From: an uncultured Patescibacteria group bacterium
GTDB taxonomy: Bacteria > Patescibacteriota > Patescibacteriia > UBA2591 > CALHIP01
DNA length: 64,000 bases
Direction: 5' to 3'
NCBI GenBank assembly: GCA_938030745.1
Contig: CALHIP010000008.1
Location: forward strand, 2,297-66,296
Below are positions 47,047 to 56,811 of the stretch, in pieces. The notes under the pieces were generated by a model that saw nothing but the letters and a program-made list of their open reading frames with translations, had not been told where the DNA came from and ran no database searches. Made by a program: the position numbers and the translations under genes. The stretch's first letter is position 1. Each line of letters starts with the position of its first letter.

Positions 47047-49017
47047 ATGATCGATATTTCTAAAATTTGTTTTTCAAATCCTAAGAAAACGAATTCTTTT
47101 ATTAAAACCGATCATTTTTTTCCTTCACAATCTACAAAAAAGATTTTCGGCGAACTTATCTCATTAATTGAGATAGAAATTCCTAAAAATTTAAACAAAG
47201 AAGGTTTTAATTTAGCTAAAGAAATCTCAGAAATTATTATTAACGGAATTAGAACTAATTATTATAACCCAGAAAAATTAAAAGATGAAGAGAATCCAGA
47301 GATAATTTTTGAAAATTCTTTACAGAAATTGAATCGATTGATCTATCAAGAAATAATTGGTTCAAGATCAATTGAGTCAATAATTAAAAACCTTAATGCA
47401 GTAATTGCCCTTATTCATGAAGAAAGAGTTTATTTTTCACCAGTTGGCTCAGTTCAAGTTTTTATTTTAAAGAAAAACAAAATTATTGATTTAATGCCAA
47501 AAGAGAAAACTATTTTTACTCCTTCAAAAATTTTCTTCCAGATTGTTAGTGGTACTTTAGAGAAGAATGACTGTTTGTTTTTCACAACTGCTAATTTTTT
47601 AGACTATTTTGTTTTTGAAAAATTAAATAATATTATTTTGAAATATTCAGTTAGTGAAGCAACAAAAAAATTAGAAGAGATTTTAGAAAATTTAAAAGAT
47701 AAAATCTCTCTTGGTGCTTTTATTCTAAAAAGAATTGAGAAAAAGATTCCAAAAGAAATTCCTGTTGAAGTTGAAAAAATAGAAAAAGTTCCAGTTAAAA
47801 TTACTGTTCAGTCAGCTGAAGAAAAAATCAAAGAGAAACCAATAATTCAAGAAATAAAGAAAGAAGAAAAACCACCAATAGAGAAACCAAAAATCAAAAT
47901 AGAATTTCCAATAAAAAAAATTTCTTTTCCTCGAATAAAAATAAATACTTTTTTGATTATTATTTTAATTATTTTCTTAGTTTTGACTCTAATTAAAGGA
48001 CAGATCAAGGAAAAAGAAATGGCTAAATTTTTACTTGCCTTTCAAGAAATTCAAACAAAAAATACCTTACTTGAAGCAAGTATTGCTTATAAAGATCTAA
48101 AAAAAGCTAAATTTTTAGCTGAAGAAATCAAAAATAAAATCACCTTAATTCGAGCAAAGACAAAAATAGAAAAAGAAATTTTAGAGAATCTTAAAAAAGC
48201 TTTTGAAGAAAATATAGATAAACTCTATGGTTTTGAAAGAATTAGAGAACCAAAGATATTAATTGATTTCTCATCATTAGATAAAAACGGAGAATTTACT
48301 GGATTAACCCATAAGAATGGATATTTTTTTGTTTTTAATCAGAGGACAAAAGAAATTTATGAATTTAATCAGAAAACAAATAAAATTTCTCCTTTGGTAA
48401 AAACAGATTTAATTATCCAAAAGATAATTAATTACTCTTCTGAGGAATTAATTTTAATTGGTCAAAATGATATTCGATTGTTTAATATTAAAAATAAAAA
48501 GATTTCCCCTTTGAAAATAGAATCAACAACAAAAGAATTAACAATTAATGATTTAACAATCTATGAGAATAAACTTTATATTTTAGATAAAAAAAATAAT
48601 CAAATTTTTAAATATCTGAAAGTTGAGTCTGGTTTTGGTAGAGAAACCAGTTGGTTAAAAGAAAAAGTTGATTTAAAAGACATTGTTTCTTTTGTTATCG
48701 ATGGCTCAATTTATCTTCTAAAAGGCGATGAAATTCTGAAATTCTATTTAGGTAAAAAGGTTAATTTTAACCTAGAAAATGTTTATCCTTCTTTAGAAAA
48801 AGCAAAAAAGATCTTTACTGAAATAGATCTTAAAAATATTTATCTTTTAGAACCAAAAAATAAAAGAGTTTTGATTTTTGAAAAAAATGGTAAATTTGTT
48901 AAACAAATTACTTCTGAAAAATTTACTGATTTGAAAGATTTTATTGTCGATGAAAAGAAAAATAAAATTTGGCTTCTTAATGGTTCTCAAATTTTTTCTC
49001 TTGATTTGAATAAATAA
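47047..49017 (+). CDS. Bitopic membrane protein: degenerate PP2C-like N-domain, TM, beta-propeller-like C-domain
   Basis: N-domain SGTLEKNDCLFFTT; Pro/Lys linker; TM helix near aa 300; YENKLYILD..NNQIFKY, IDGSIYLL, IYLLEPKNKRVLIF blades. Confidence 0.65.
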   Translation: MIDISKICFSNPKKTNSFIKTDHFFPSQSTKKIFGELISLIEIEIPKNLNKEGFNLAKEISEIIINGIRTNYYNPEKLKDEENPEIIFENSLQKLNRLIYQEIIGSRSIESIIKNLNAVIALIHEERVYFSPVGSVQVFILKKNKIIDLMPKEKTIFTPSKIFFQIVSGTLEKNDCLFFTTANFLDYFVFEKLNNIILKYSVSEATKKLEEILENLKDKISLGAFILKRIEKKIPKEIPVEVEKIEKVPVKITVQSAEEKIKEKPIIQEIKKEEKPPIEKPKIKIEFPIKKISFPRIKINTFLIIILIIFLVLTLIKGQIKEKEMAKFLLAFQEIQTKNTLLEASIAYKDLKKAKFLAEEIKNKITLIRAKTKIEKEILENLKKAFEENIDKLYGFERIREPKILIDFSSLDKNGEFTGLTHKNGYFFVFNQRTKEIYEFNQKTNKISPLVKTDLIIQKIINYSSEELILIGQNDIRLFNIKNKKISPLKIESTTKELTINDLTIYENKLYILDKKNNQIFKYLKVESGFGRETSWLKEKVDLKDIVSFVIDGSIYLLKGDEILKFYLGKKVNFNLENVYPSLEKAKKIFTEIDLKNIYLLEPKNKRVLIFEKNGKFVKQITSEKFTDLKDFIVDEKKNKIWLLNGSQIFSLDLNK

Positions 49018-49019
49018 AA

Positions 49020-50489
49020 TTATTTAAGAAATTTTTTTAAAATTTTTTCAACTATTTTCGGATTTGCCCTACCTTTTGTTGCTAACATTACCTGACCAAC
49101 TAGATAATTGATCGCATTTTTTTTGCCTTTTTTATAGTCAGCTACCGCTTCGGGATAATTCTCTAAAACTAAACTTACAGCATTTTTAATTTCTTCTTCA
49201 TCAGTAATTTCCTCTAATTTCTCTTGAGAAAGAATTGCTTCAGGAGATTCACCAGTTTCATACATTTTTTTTAAAATATCTTGAGCAAATTTATTTGAAA
49301 CAATTCTTTTTTCAATTAAAAAGAGATAAATAAAATCTGAAAAATCTTCCGGTTTAATTTTTTCTAAAAATTTCCCGCCAAGGGTTGTCTCTAAACCAAA
49401 GAGTCGAGTTAGCCAATCACCAACTTTTTTAGCTAACTTCTTTTTTTCATTTTCTAATACCTCATCTCCTTCAATTACTTCTTTTAATTTTTCTTCTAAT
49501 AGACTCATTACTTTTTCAACATAATCAGATAAATCCTTTTCTTCAGTCAACATTTTTGCATAAAGAGGAGGAAATCCATATACTTCTATAAATCTCTTTC
49601 TTTTTGCAGAAGGCAATTCTGGTAATTGACTTCTTAATTCTTTAATTAAATCATCAGAAATTTCCAAGGGTGGTAAATCAGGTTCAGGAAAATAACGATA
49701 ATCTTCAACTTCCTCCTTGATCCGCTGTTCGACAGTTTTTTGAATTTTTTCGTCCCAACCGCGTGTTTCTTGAATAATTTTTCCTCCGCTTTCCAAGATT
49801 TTTGTTTGTCTTTTTATTTCATATTCAATTGCCCGCTCGACAGCACGGAAAGAATTTAAATTTTTTATTTCTACCCTTACACCAAGAGAAGGAAAATTAT
49901 TAACCGAGAGTGAAATATTTACCTCACACCTCATCTCACCTTTTTCCATATTTGCTTCAGAAATCCCTAATGTCCGAACAATTCGCTGAAGCTCACGACA
50001 AAATTCTTTAGCCTCCCTAGCTGAATGAATGTCTGGTTCAGTAACTAACTCTAAAAGTGGCACACCTGCCCGATTGAAGTCAATTAAAGTTTTATCAGAA
50101 AAATGATAAAGTTTAGCTGTATCTTCCTCTAAGTGAATTTCACGAATCCGAATTCTTCTTCCATTAATTTCTAAAAAAGCATTTTTTACCAATGGCATCC
50201 TCTTTTGTGAAATCTGATAGCCTTTTGGTAGATCGGGATAAAAATAATTTTTTCTTTCAAAATAATTTTTTTTCTGAATTTCGCCATTTAAAGCTAAACC
50301 TAAAAATAAAGCCATTTTTACTGCTTTTTCATTTAAGATTGGTAAAGTTCCAGGATGAGCTAGACAAATTGGACAAACACTAGAATTTGGCGCTGCATCA
50401 AATTTCGGATTTTCACAATAACAAAACATCTTTGATTTAGTCGCTAATTGTAAGTGAATTTCTAAACCAATATTGGCTTTATATTTCAT
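49020..50489 (-). CDS. gatB: Asp/Glu-tRNA amidotransferase subunit B
   Basis: IGLEIH, RKNYFYPDLPKGYQISQ, HLEED, NRAGVPLLE, DYRYFPEPDL. Confidence 0.97.
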   Translation of the reverse strand: MKYKANIGLEIHLQLATKSKMFCYCENPKFDAAPNSSVCPICLAHPGTLPILNEKAVKMALFLGLALNGEIQKKNYFERKNYFYPDLPKGYQISQKRMPLVKNAFLEINGRRIRIREIHLEEDTAKLYHFSDKTLIDFNRAGVPLLELVTEPDIHSAREAKEFCRELQRIVRTLGISEANMEKGEMRCEVNISLSVNNFPSLGVRVEIKNLNSFRAVERAIEYEIKRQTKILESGGKIIQETRGWDEKIQKTVEQRIKEEVEDYRYFPEPDLPPLEISDDLIKELRSQLPELPSAKRKRFIEVYGFPPLYAKMLTEEKDLSDYVEKVMSLLEEKLKEVIEGDEVLENEKKKLAKKVGDWLTRLFGLETTLGGKFLEKIKPEDFSDFIYLFLIEKRIVSNKFAQDILKKMYETGESPEAILSQEKLEEITDEEEIKNAVSLVLENYPEAVADYKKGKKNAINYLVGQVMLATKGRANPKIVEKILKKFLK

Positions 50490-50496
50490 AAATTAT

Positions 50497-51162
50497 TTAG
50501 ATATATTTTTTGACAATTTCCCAAACTTTTTTAGCAATTTCTTTTTTAGGTAAAACTTTTCCATTTTTAGTACAGTTGACCAGTTGCCAACCATATTTTT
50601 TGACAATGAATGAAGCATTTTTTTCCACTAATTTTAAAAATTGAATATTTTTTTCGTGTTGATCAAACTTTTTTCCTTTAAGGTAGCGCCGATTTTTCTT
50701 TTTCTTTAAAAGCTTTCTTCCTAAATGATGGGGAGCTTTAAGATATAAAACCAAATCTGGTTTTGGTAAACAAAAAAAATTATATTCTACATCTTCAAGC
50801 CATTTTAAAAATTTTTCTCTTTCCTTCTTTTTTAATTTCACGCTTTGATATAAAAAATTAGAGGTTGAATAACGATTAGCAATAATTATTTGTTTTTTTA
50901 AAATTTTTTTTATTTTTTCTTTTACTTGCCACCGATCAAAAGCATAAAGAAGAGAAGTAAAATATGGATTAACTTCTTCAATTTTTTTAAATTCACCCCG
51001 AAGATACATAGCAACAATTTTTCCCCAGAAAGTCTGATATTGAGGAAAGTCAAAAATCTTAACTTTATACCCTTCTTTTTTTAATTTTTTAGCTAAAAGA
51101 CTAGTTTGTGTTGCTTTCCCAGTTCCATCTAATCCTTCAAAAACAATGAGTTTTCCTTTCAT
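50497..51162 (-). CDS. tmk: Thymidylate kinase
   Basis: IVFEGLDGTGKATQ, DFPQY, LLYAFDR, NRYSTSN, PDLVLYL. Confidence 0.9.
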   Translation of the reverse strand: MKGKLIVFEGLDGTGKATQTSLLAKKLKKEGYKVKIFDFPQYQTFWGKIVAMYLRGEFKKIEEVNPYFTSLLYAFDRWQVKEKIKKILKKQIIIANRYSTSNFLYQSVKLKKKEREKFLKWLEDVEYNFFCLPKPDLVLYLKAPHHLGRKLLKKKKNRRYLKGKKFDQHEKNIQFLKLVEKNASFIVKKYGWQLVNCTKNGKVLPKKEIAKKVWEIVKKYI

Positions 51163-52529
51163 ATTTTCATAAATTTAATTAATTGGGGATGAACTTTTTT
51201 TATTTCTTGATACATTGCCTTGGCAATTTGACAATAAGAAGGATGAGCTTTTGAAGAGGTCCTTAAAGGAATTAAATGATAAAGTTCGCGGAGATTCAAA
51301 GTCATAAGAAATCTTTTGCGGAAGGCTAATGGTAAAACATAAGGGGCCTCTTCTTTAAATTTTTTTGAGATCTTTAAAAAAGCTGAGCTGGCTTCCTCCA
51401 TTTTTTCTTCAAATTCTTTTTTGAAACCATATTTAGAAATTTCTTCAGGAATTATATAACCATAATCAATTCCCAACTCCTGATTAGTTTGAGTACACAT
51501 TCGATGTCTTTGTAAATCGCGGAAAGCACCATAATCTAATAAAATATCAAATGTATAAGTAGTATGTTCAAATTCTCTTAAAGGAAGATCATGAGGTCCT
51601 CTATTTTTCATTGCCTGATTTAGAATTTTTTCTTTTTCTTTTTTACTCATTTTTCTAACTTTGTTTTTTATTTGTTGATAAGACAATTTTGAAAAACGAT
51701 AAAGAAGGGCAACTAAAATTCTTTCTTCGGCATCTTTATCGTATTTAACAAGTTGAACTGGTTTCTCTTTCTTTATTTTGATATTTGAAAATAAATTTGT
51801 CGCCAATCTTTTAAAACTTTTACTTGTTTCTATTAAATAAGGATTTGGCTCAACGTATCTAATAAGAGTTGGAGTAATTTTTAAACCAGCAGTTTTTAAT
51901 TCTTGACCAATCTCCTGGAATTCTTCTAAAGGTGAAGAAAGGAGTTTTTTAATTAAATGGGCTAAAGAACGAGCGTTAATGGTCATCCCCAAATTTGTCA
52001 ATGTTGAAGTTGGTAAAATAACTCTAACAATGTCACAAGTTTTTGCTTTACATGTTGACTCATATAAATTTTCGGCCATTTCTTTTGGCCGAGGAAACTC
52101 CTTTTTTATCTGGTGATTAATTTTCTCATAAAGATAAAGATAAAAATTGATTAAATTTTGACAAGTTTTTTCATATAACTCCTTAAATTCCGAAGTTAAA
52201 ATTTTTTTTGGTCGATAAAATTTATCTTTTTCAAAAACTTGGTATCTTGTTGATTTCTCGGTAAATGAAGCAAGCCGGGTATCTTCAATAGCTTTAGTAG
52301 CTAAGATAGAAACATTTTCTATAGCTAAAGATAAAACTGCATGTTCAGCAATAGATGAATGACCAAACCCTAAGACCCATTTTTCATGAAATTGAGAAGA
52401 TTTTTCCGTTGTTAATTCTTTAGCAATTTCATCAAAAGGTAATGGTGAACGACTACATTTAGCAAATGTTACCGCCCTTACTTCTGGCGGTAGATCTTTT
52501 AAAGGATAGATCCGACGCTTATAATTCAT
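51159..52529 (-). CDS. thyX: FAD-dependent thymidylate synthase, tandem-domain form
   Basis: FGHSSIAEH, TEKSTRY, NARSL in the first half; REFEH, FRDLQRHR, NLREL..LR in the second. Confidence 0.9.
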   Translation of the reverse strand: MNYKRRIYPLKDLPPEVRAVTFAKCSRSPLPFDEIAKELTTEKSSQFHEKWVLGFGHSSIAEHAVLSLAIENVSILATKAIEDTRLASFTEKSTRYQVFEKDKFYRPKKILTSEFKELYEKTCQNLINFYLYLYEKINHQIKKEFPRPKEMAENLYESTCKAKTCDIVRVILPTSTLTNLGMTINARSLAHLIKKLLSSPLEEFQEIGQELKTAGLKITPTLIRYVEPNPYLIETSKSFKRLATNLFSNIKIKKEKPVQLVKYDKDAEERILVALLYRFSKLSYQQIKNKVRKMSKKEKEKILNQAMKNRGPHDLPLREFEHTTYTFDILLDYGAFRDLQRHRMCTQTNQELGIDYGYIIPEEISKYGFKKEFEEKMEEASSAFLKISKKFKEEAPYVLPLAFRKRFLMTLNLRELYHLIPLRTSSKAHPSYCQIAKAMYQEIKKVHPQLIKFMKI

Positions 52530-52608
52530 AAATTAAAAAATCACTTTAGCCAGGAATAACGAAAATATTTTTCATAGACGATCTATTTATAAATTATTTA
52601 AGTATAAT

Positions 52609-53778
52609 TTATTTAAGCAATTTTTTCAATACATCTACCTTATCTGTCTTTTCCCAGGTAAAATTTTTTTCCTCACGACCAAAATGGCCATAACAAGCAG
52701 TTTGACGAAAAATCGGTCTTAAAAGATTTAATTGTTTTATCATTCCAGCTGGTGAAAGATCAAAAACTTTTTCAATTGCTTCAATAATTTTCTTTTCCTC
52801 AACTTCAGCTGTACCAAAAGTATTTAAAGAAATTGCCAAAGGATATGTTCCGCCAATCACAAAAGCAAGTTGGAGTTCACATTTTTTGGCAATTTTAGCA
52901 GCAACAATATTTTTACAAATGTATCTAGCCATATAAGAAGCAGTTCGATCAACTTTAGTCGGATCTTTACCTGACCAGGCACCTCCACCATGAGCACAAG
53001 CTGAACCATAACCATCAACTTCTGTTTTTCTTCCACTCATTCCTGTATCAGAAACTGGACCACCAATAACAAAACGACCAGTGTTGTTAATATAAAATTG
53101 AGTTTTTTTAGTTAAATATTCTTGACAAACAGGTTTAATTACTTCTTTAATAATTGCTTCTTTTAAAATACTCATTTTTACATTTGGCTCATGTTGAGCA
53201 GCAATAACAACACTGGTTAATCTTTTTGGTCTACCATTTTCATATTCAACAGAAACCTGAGATTTACCATCTGGTCTTAAAAAATCTAAAATTTTCTTTT
53301 TTCTAACTTCAGCCAATCTTTTAGTTAATCGATGAGCTAACAAAATTGGTAAAGGCATCAATTGAGGTGTTTCATCAACAGCATAACCAATCATTATTCC
53401 TTGATCGCCAGCTCCTTGTCTTTTCGATCCAGTTTTTCTGACTCCGCGAGCAATGTCTGATGACTGTTCAGCAATAGTATTTAAAACAGCAACTGTTCGA
53501 TAATCAAATCCATATTCTGGTTTTATATAGCCAATATCTTTTAAAACATCACGAACTAAATTATTCTGATCAACCCAGGCTGAAGTAGTAATTTCTCCAC
53601 CAACAATAACATAACCTTTTGAGGTGAAAACTTCGCAAGCAACCCTGGCATATTTATCCTGCTTTATAATTCTATCAAGCATTTCATCAGCAATCTGATC
53701 ACAAATTTTATCCGGATGACCTTCAGTTACAGATTCTGAAGTTAAAATGTAATTTCTTTTATTTGGATCATTAATCAT
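52609..53778 (-). CDS. metK: S-adenosylmethionine synthetase
   Basis: SESVTEGHPDKICDQ, GAGDQG, PDGKSQV, GGGAWSGKD, YGHFGR. Confidence 0.96.
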   Translation of the reverse strand: MINDPNKRNYILTSESVTEGHPDKICDQIADEMLDRIIKQDKYARVACEVFTSKGYVIVGGEITTSAWVDQNNLVRDVLKDIGYIKPEYGFDYRTVAVLNTIAEQSSDIARGVRKTGSKRQGAGDQGIMIGYAVDETPQLMPLPILLAHRLTKRLAEVRKKKILDFLRPDGKSQVSVEYENGRPKRLTSVVIAAQHEPNVKMSILKEAIIKEVIKPVCQEYLTKKTQFYINNTGRFVIGGPVSDTGMSGRKTEVDGYGSACAHGGGAWSGKDPTKVDRTASYMARYICKNIVAAKIAKKCELQLAFVIGGTYPLAISLNTFGTAEVEEKKIIEAIEKVFDLSPAGMIKQLNLLRPIFRQTACYGHFGREEKNFTWEKTDKVDVLKKLLK

Positions 53779-53789
53779 AGGATTAGTTT

Positions 53790-55157
53790 TTATTTTGCTC
53801 CTTTACCTAAAATAATTAATGGGATAGTTTTTAAAATTATCTCAAAATCTTTGAAAATTGTCCAATTCTCAAGATAATAAAGATCAATTTTTGCTTCCTC
53901 TTCAAAAGGCAAATCAGAACGACCATAAAGTTGAGCTAGACCTGTTATTCCTGGTTTGATAAAAAGAAGTTTCTTTTGATATTTTTCATAAAGTGCTACT
54001 TCTTCTGGCTCATGTGGTCGAGGTCCAACTAAACTCATTTCACCTTTAATAACATTAATAAGTTGTGGCAACTCATCGAGGCTAGTCTTTCTTAAAAATT
54101 TGCCAAATCTTGTAATTCTTGGATCATTTTTCATTTTGAAAAGCGGTCCCTTTCTTTCAGAAAAAGGAAGGAGATCTTTTTTCATTTTATCCGCATCTTT
54201 AATCATTGAACGAAATTTCAAAATAAAAAATTTTTTACCTTTTTCACCAACCCTTTCTAATTTAACAAAGACAGGTCCTTCTGAATCCAATTTAATAATT
54301 ATTCCAAGAATAAGAAATAATGGTAAACAAAGAATTAAGAATAAACTAGCAAAAACAATATCAAAAATTCTTTTTGCCACCTTCCCCCAACCTTCTAAAG
54401 CAGTCCTTTTAATAGAGATTAAAGGCAAACCAAAAAATGTTTCTATTCCGACATTTCTCATTTGAGCATCAAACGGATCTGCTATATATTTAAAATGCAA
54501 ATGAAAATCATCAGCCAAACTTAATAGTCGCCACCTTTCTTTTCTTTCTATTGATGGATCTAAAAGAATAATTTCATCAACCTGATTTGATTTTTCTTTT
54601 AAGAAATCCTCGTTAAGATCTGATGGATTTTTAAACCAAGCAATTATCTGATAGCCAAAATTTGGATTGTTAGAGATAAGATCAACAAAATCTCTTGCTA
54701 ATTTAGCTGAACCTAGACAAATAATTTTCTGAAAAATTTTTGCTTTTTTCAAAATACTTTTCCAAATAGATCGAAAAATTTTTCTTCCTAACCAAACATA
54801 AAAAATTGAGAAAAACCAGCCAGCTAAAACAATAAATCTTGAAGAAAAAAGTTCTCGACTAAAAAAAATTACTAATATGATTATCAGTATTGCTGAAGAA
54901 CAGGAGAAAAAGATTTTAGTAAATTCTTTTTTTTGATTCGGAGAATAAAGAGTTGATAAAGCAAAAATTAGAAGAAAGAAAAGAGAAATTAAAAGTGAAT
55001 AGAAAAAATAAGTTTTAAATGGAATTTCAAAAATAACTGGCCGTAATTCAATTAAAGCTTTAAATCTTAACCAGTAAATTGTTAAAGAGGTTAGAACAAG
55101 CATTAAATAATCAACAGGCAAAAGAAGAATTGAAAATATAAGATCTGGTCTGCGCAT
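53790..55157 (-). CDS. Polyprenyl-phosphate glycosylphosphotransferase (WcaJ/WbaP-type)
   Basis: N-terminal TM helices; KRIFDI, KFRSM, DPRITRFGKFLRKTSLDELPQL, SLVGPRP, KPGITGLAQ. Confidence 0.93.
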   Translation of the reverse strand: MRRPDLIFSILLLPVDYLMLVLTSLTIYWLRFKALIELRPVIFEIPFKTYFFYSLLISLFFLLIFALSTLYSPNQKKEFTKIFFSCSSAILIIILVIFFSRELFSSRFIVLAGWFFSIFYVWLGRKIFRSIWKSILKKAKIFQKIICLGSAKLARDFVDLISNNPNFGYQIIAWFKNPSDLNEDFLKEKSNQVDEIILLDPSIERKERWRLLSLADDFHLHFKYIADPFDAQMRNVGIETFFGLPLISIKRTALEGWGKVAKRIFDIVFASLFLILCLPLFLILGIIIKLDSEGPVFVKLERVGEKGKKFFILKFRSMIKDADKMKKDLLPFSERKGPLFKMKNDPRITRFGKFLRKTSLDELPQLINVIKGEMSLVGPRPHEPEEVALYEKYQKKLLFIKPGITGLAQLYGRSDLPFEEEAKIDLYYLENWTIFKDFEIILKTIPLIILGKGAK

Positions 55158-55189
55158 ATTAATTTATATTATACCAAAAAAACAATAAA

Positions 55190-55524
55190 AAGCTAGGTAG
55201 ATCATAAGCCGAATTCTGTACTGGCATTAGAAAATGCCAGTTGATGGTCATTAATCTAGGTTCGAGATTACTCTCGAACTCGAACGGGATTTTCTCCCTT
55301 TCACCCGGTAGGGATTTAGCCGTTTCACCTTGGCATTACTGCCAAGCTTACCCTTTTGAAAGGGTAGGTCTGTTCTTACGAACAAACCCGTCTCTGTTCG
55401 CACCCCTATCCTTGCGGACGACGGCTGTTAGCCGTTACCTTTTTAACCAACCTTTTAGGTTGGTGGGTGTTCGGACTTTCCTCTCCGATTAAATTTCGGA
55501 GCGACCATCTGATCTACCTAGCTT
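55190..55524 (-). ncRNA. rnpB: RNase P RNA
   Basis: Minus strand GAGGAAAGTCCGAAC near the 5' end, ACAGAATTCGGCTTA near the 3' end, P1 helix AAGCTAGGTAGATCA/TGATCTACCTAGCTT, and a TTGACG-17-TATAAT promoter at 55559-55531. Confidence 0.96.
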
Positions 55525-55555
55525 ATTATAATTATAAAACAAATAAAATTTTTCG

Positions 55556-56410
55556 TCAAGTTTTTTGATTTTTTAAAATTTTAAAATCTTCTTCACTATC
55601 GATATCTTGAGCAAAAGAAGGAAGATCAATAATTTCAAAATGACAATTTTTTTCTTTTTGAAATTCTTTTTTAATTAAGACAGAACTAACAAATCTTTCC
55701 AATTCAGAAAAAGTTAGTTCTTTTTTTAGATATTTTTTAAAAATAAAAAACATTTTAATAATTTTTGGCAGAAGAAAAAATATTAAAGTTGGATACCTAA
55801 AAAAGAGAAAAACTGTTTTAATAAGCATTGAAAAAAAACGGAACCAGGAAGTTGTTCTTTTTTTTCTTGTTGGTCGAAGTAAATCGGTCAGAAAATAAAT
55901 TATTTTCTTATTTAAATGGTTTGGTCGAATGATAAAGAAATTATAAACAAAAATATAAGGAGAGAAATGATTTTTTTTATTTTTTTTAAAAAAATCTGGC
56001 TCTCTTTTAATTTTTATAAGATTAATTGGTGTAAAGCCGGAGATGATATCACAATCTAAATATGGTTCTATTTTAAGGAATAATTTTTTAAAATCATCAC
56101 TTTTAGGCAAAATATCAAAAGTAGTAATAGCAATCTGAACATCTTGATCAAAGTTTTTTTCTAAAAAATTAAAGATAAATTTAAGATTATCTTTTAATGT
56201 CCTTTTACTAATAAAAAATTTAACCCCTTCTTTTTCTTTAAATTCTTTTGGCCCAATTAGATAAATTTCTGAAAAACAATCAGATTCTTTTATCTGTCTA
56301 ATTAAATAATCTAAAATCAACTCATTATTTATTTTTAACTCAAAAAGTCTTTTTCTAAAAAATTCGTTTTCTAAATCATAACCAGCTAAAATGAAAATAG
56401 GAATCTTCAT
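55556..56410 (-). CDS. Hypothetical protein, possible nucleotidyltransferase (MobA/GT-A-like) fold
   Basis: IFILAG at the N-terminus, ITTFDILP, C-terminal DIDSEED. Confidence 0.55.
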   Translation of the reverse strand: MKIPIFILAGYDLENEFFRKRLFELKINNELILDYLIRQIKESDCFSEIYLIGPKEFKEKEGVKFFISKRTLKDNLKFIFNFLEKNFDQDVQIAITTFDILPKSDDFKKLFLKIEPYLDCDIISGFTPINLIKIKREPDFFKKNKKNHFSPYIFVYNFFIIRPNHLNKKIIYFLTDLLRPTRKKRTTSWFRFFSMLIKTVFLFFRYPTLIFFLLPKIIKMFFIFKKYLKKELTFSELERFVSSVLIKKEFQKEKNCHFEIIDLPSFAQDIDSEEDFKILKNQKT

Positions 56411-56811
56411 ATTAAAAATTTATTAATAGCTTGATTAACTAATCTATCTGCTTCTTTGTTTTTTTCCCTTGGAATATAAAAAAAATTTACTTTTTTAAAA
56501 TTTTGAGAGAGATTCCAGATTTTCACAAATGCCCGAGCAAGTTCTTGATTCTTAATTTTAAATTTTCGATTGAGTTGGCCAACCAAAAGTTCGCTATCTA
56601 AATAAATATCTATTTCCTTTGCTTTTATTTCTTTTGCTTGGTTTAGAGCTTCAATTATTGCTTGATATTCTGCCTGATTATTTGTTTTCTCGCCAATAAA
56701 TTTTGAGTATCTCTTAACTAAATTTTTCTTTTCATCATAAATGACTCCGCCAATTGCTGCCGGTCCAGGATTTCCCCTTGATCCTCCATCAGTATAAATA
56801 ATAAGTTTCAT
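56407..56811 (-). CDS. rnhA: Ribonuclease HI family protein
   Basis: YTDGGSRGNPGPA, TNNQAEY, DSEL, PREKNKEADRL. Confidence 0.93.
   Translation of the reverse strand: MKLIIYTDGGSRGNPGPAAIGGVIYDEKKNLVKRYSKFIGEKTNNQAEYQAIIEALNQAKEIKAKEIDIYLDSELLVGQLNRKFKIKNQELARAFVKIWNLSQNFKKVNFFYIPREKNKEADRLVNQAINKFLI

Noticed and set aside
51159-52529. Double-length ThyX as a novelty
   Set aside because: Tandem-domain ThyX is already known, for example in Chlamydia.
52530-53790. SAM riboswitch for metK or a structured thyX leader
   Set aside because: metK has only 11 nt of upstream spacer. The thyX leader shows only a weak AT-rich stem with no recognisable motif.
55241-55492. 83-aa plus-strand ORF
   Set aside because: It lies antisense within RNase P RNA.
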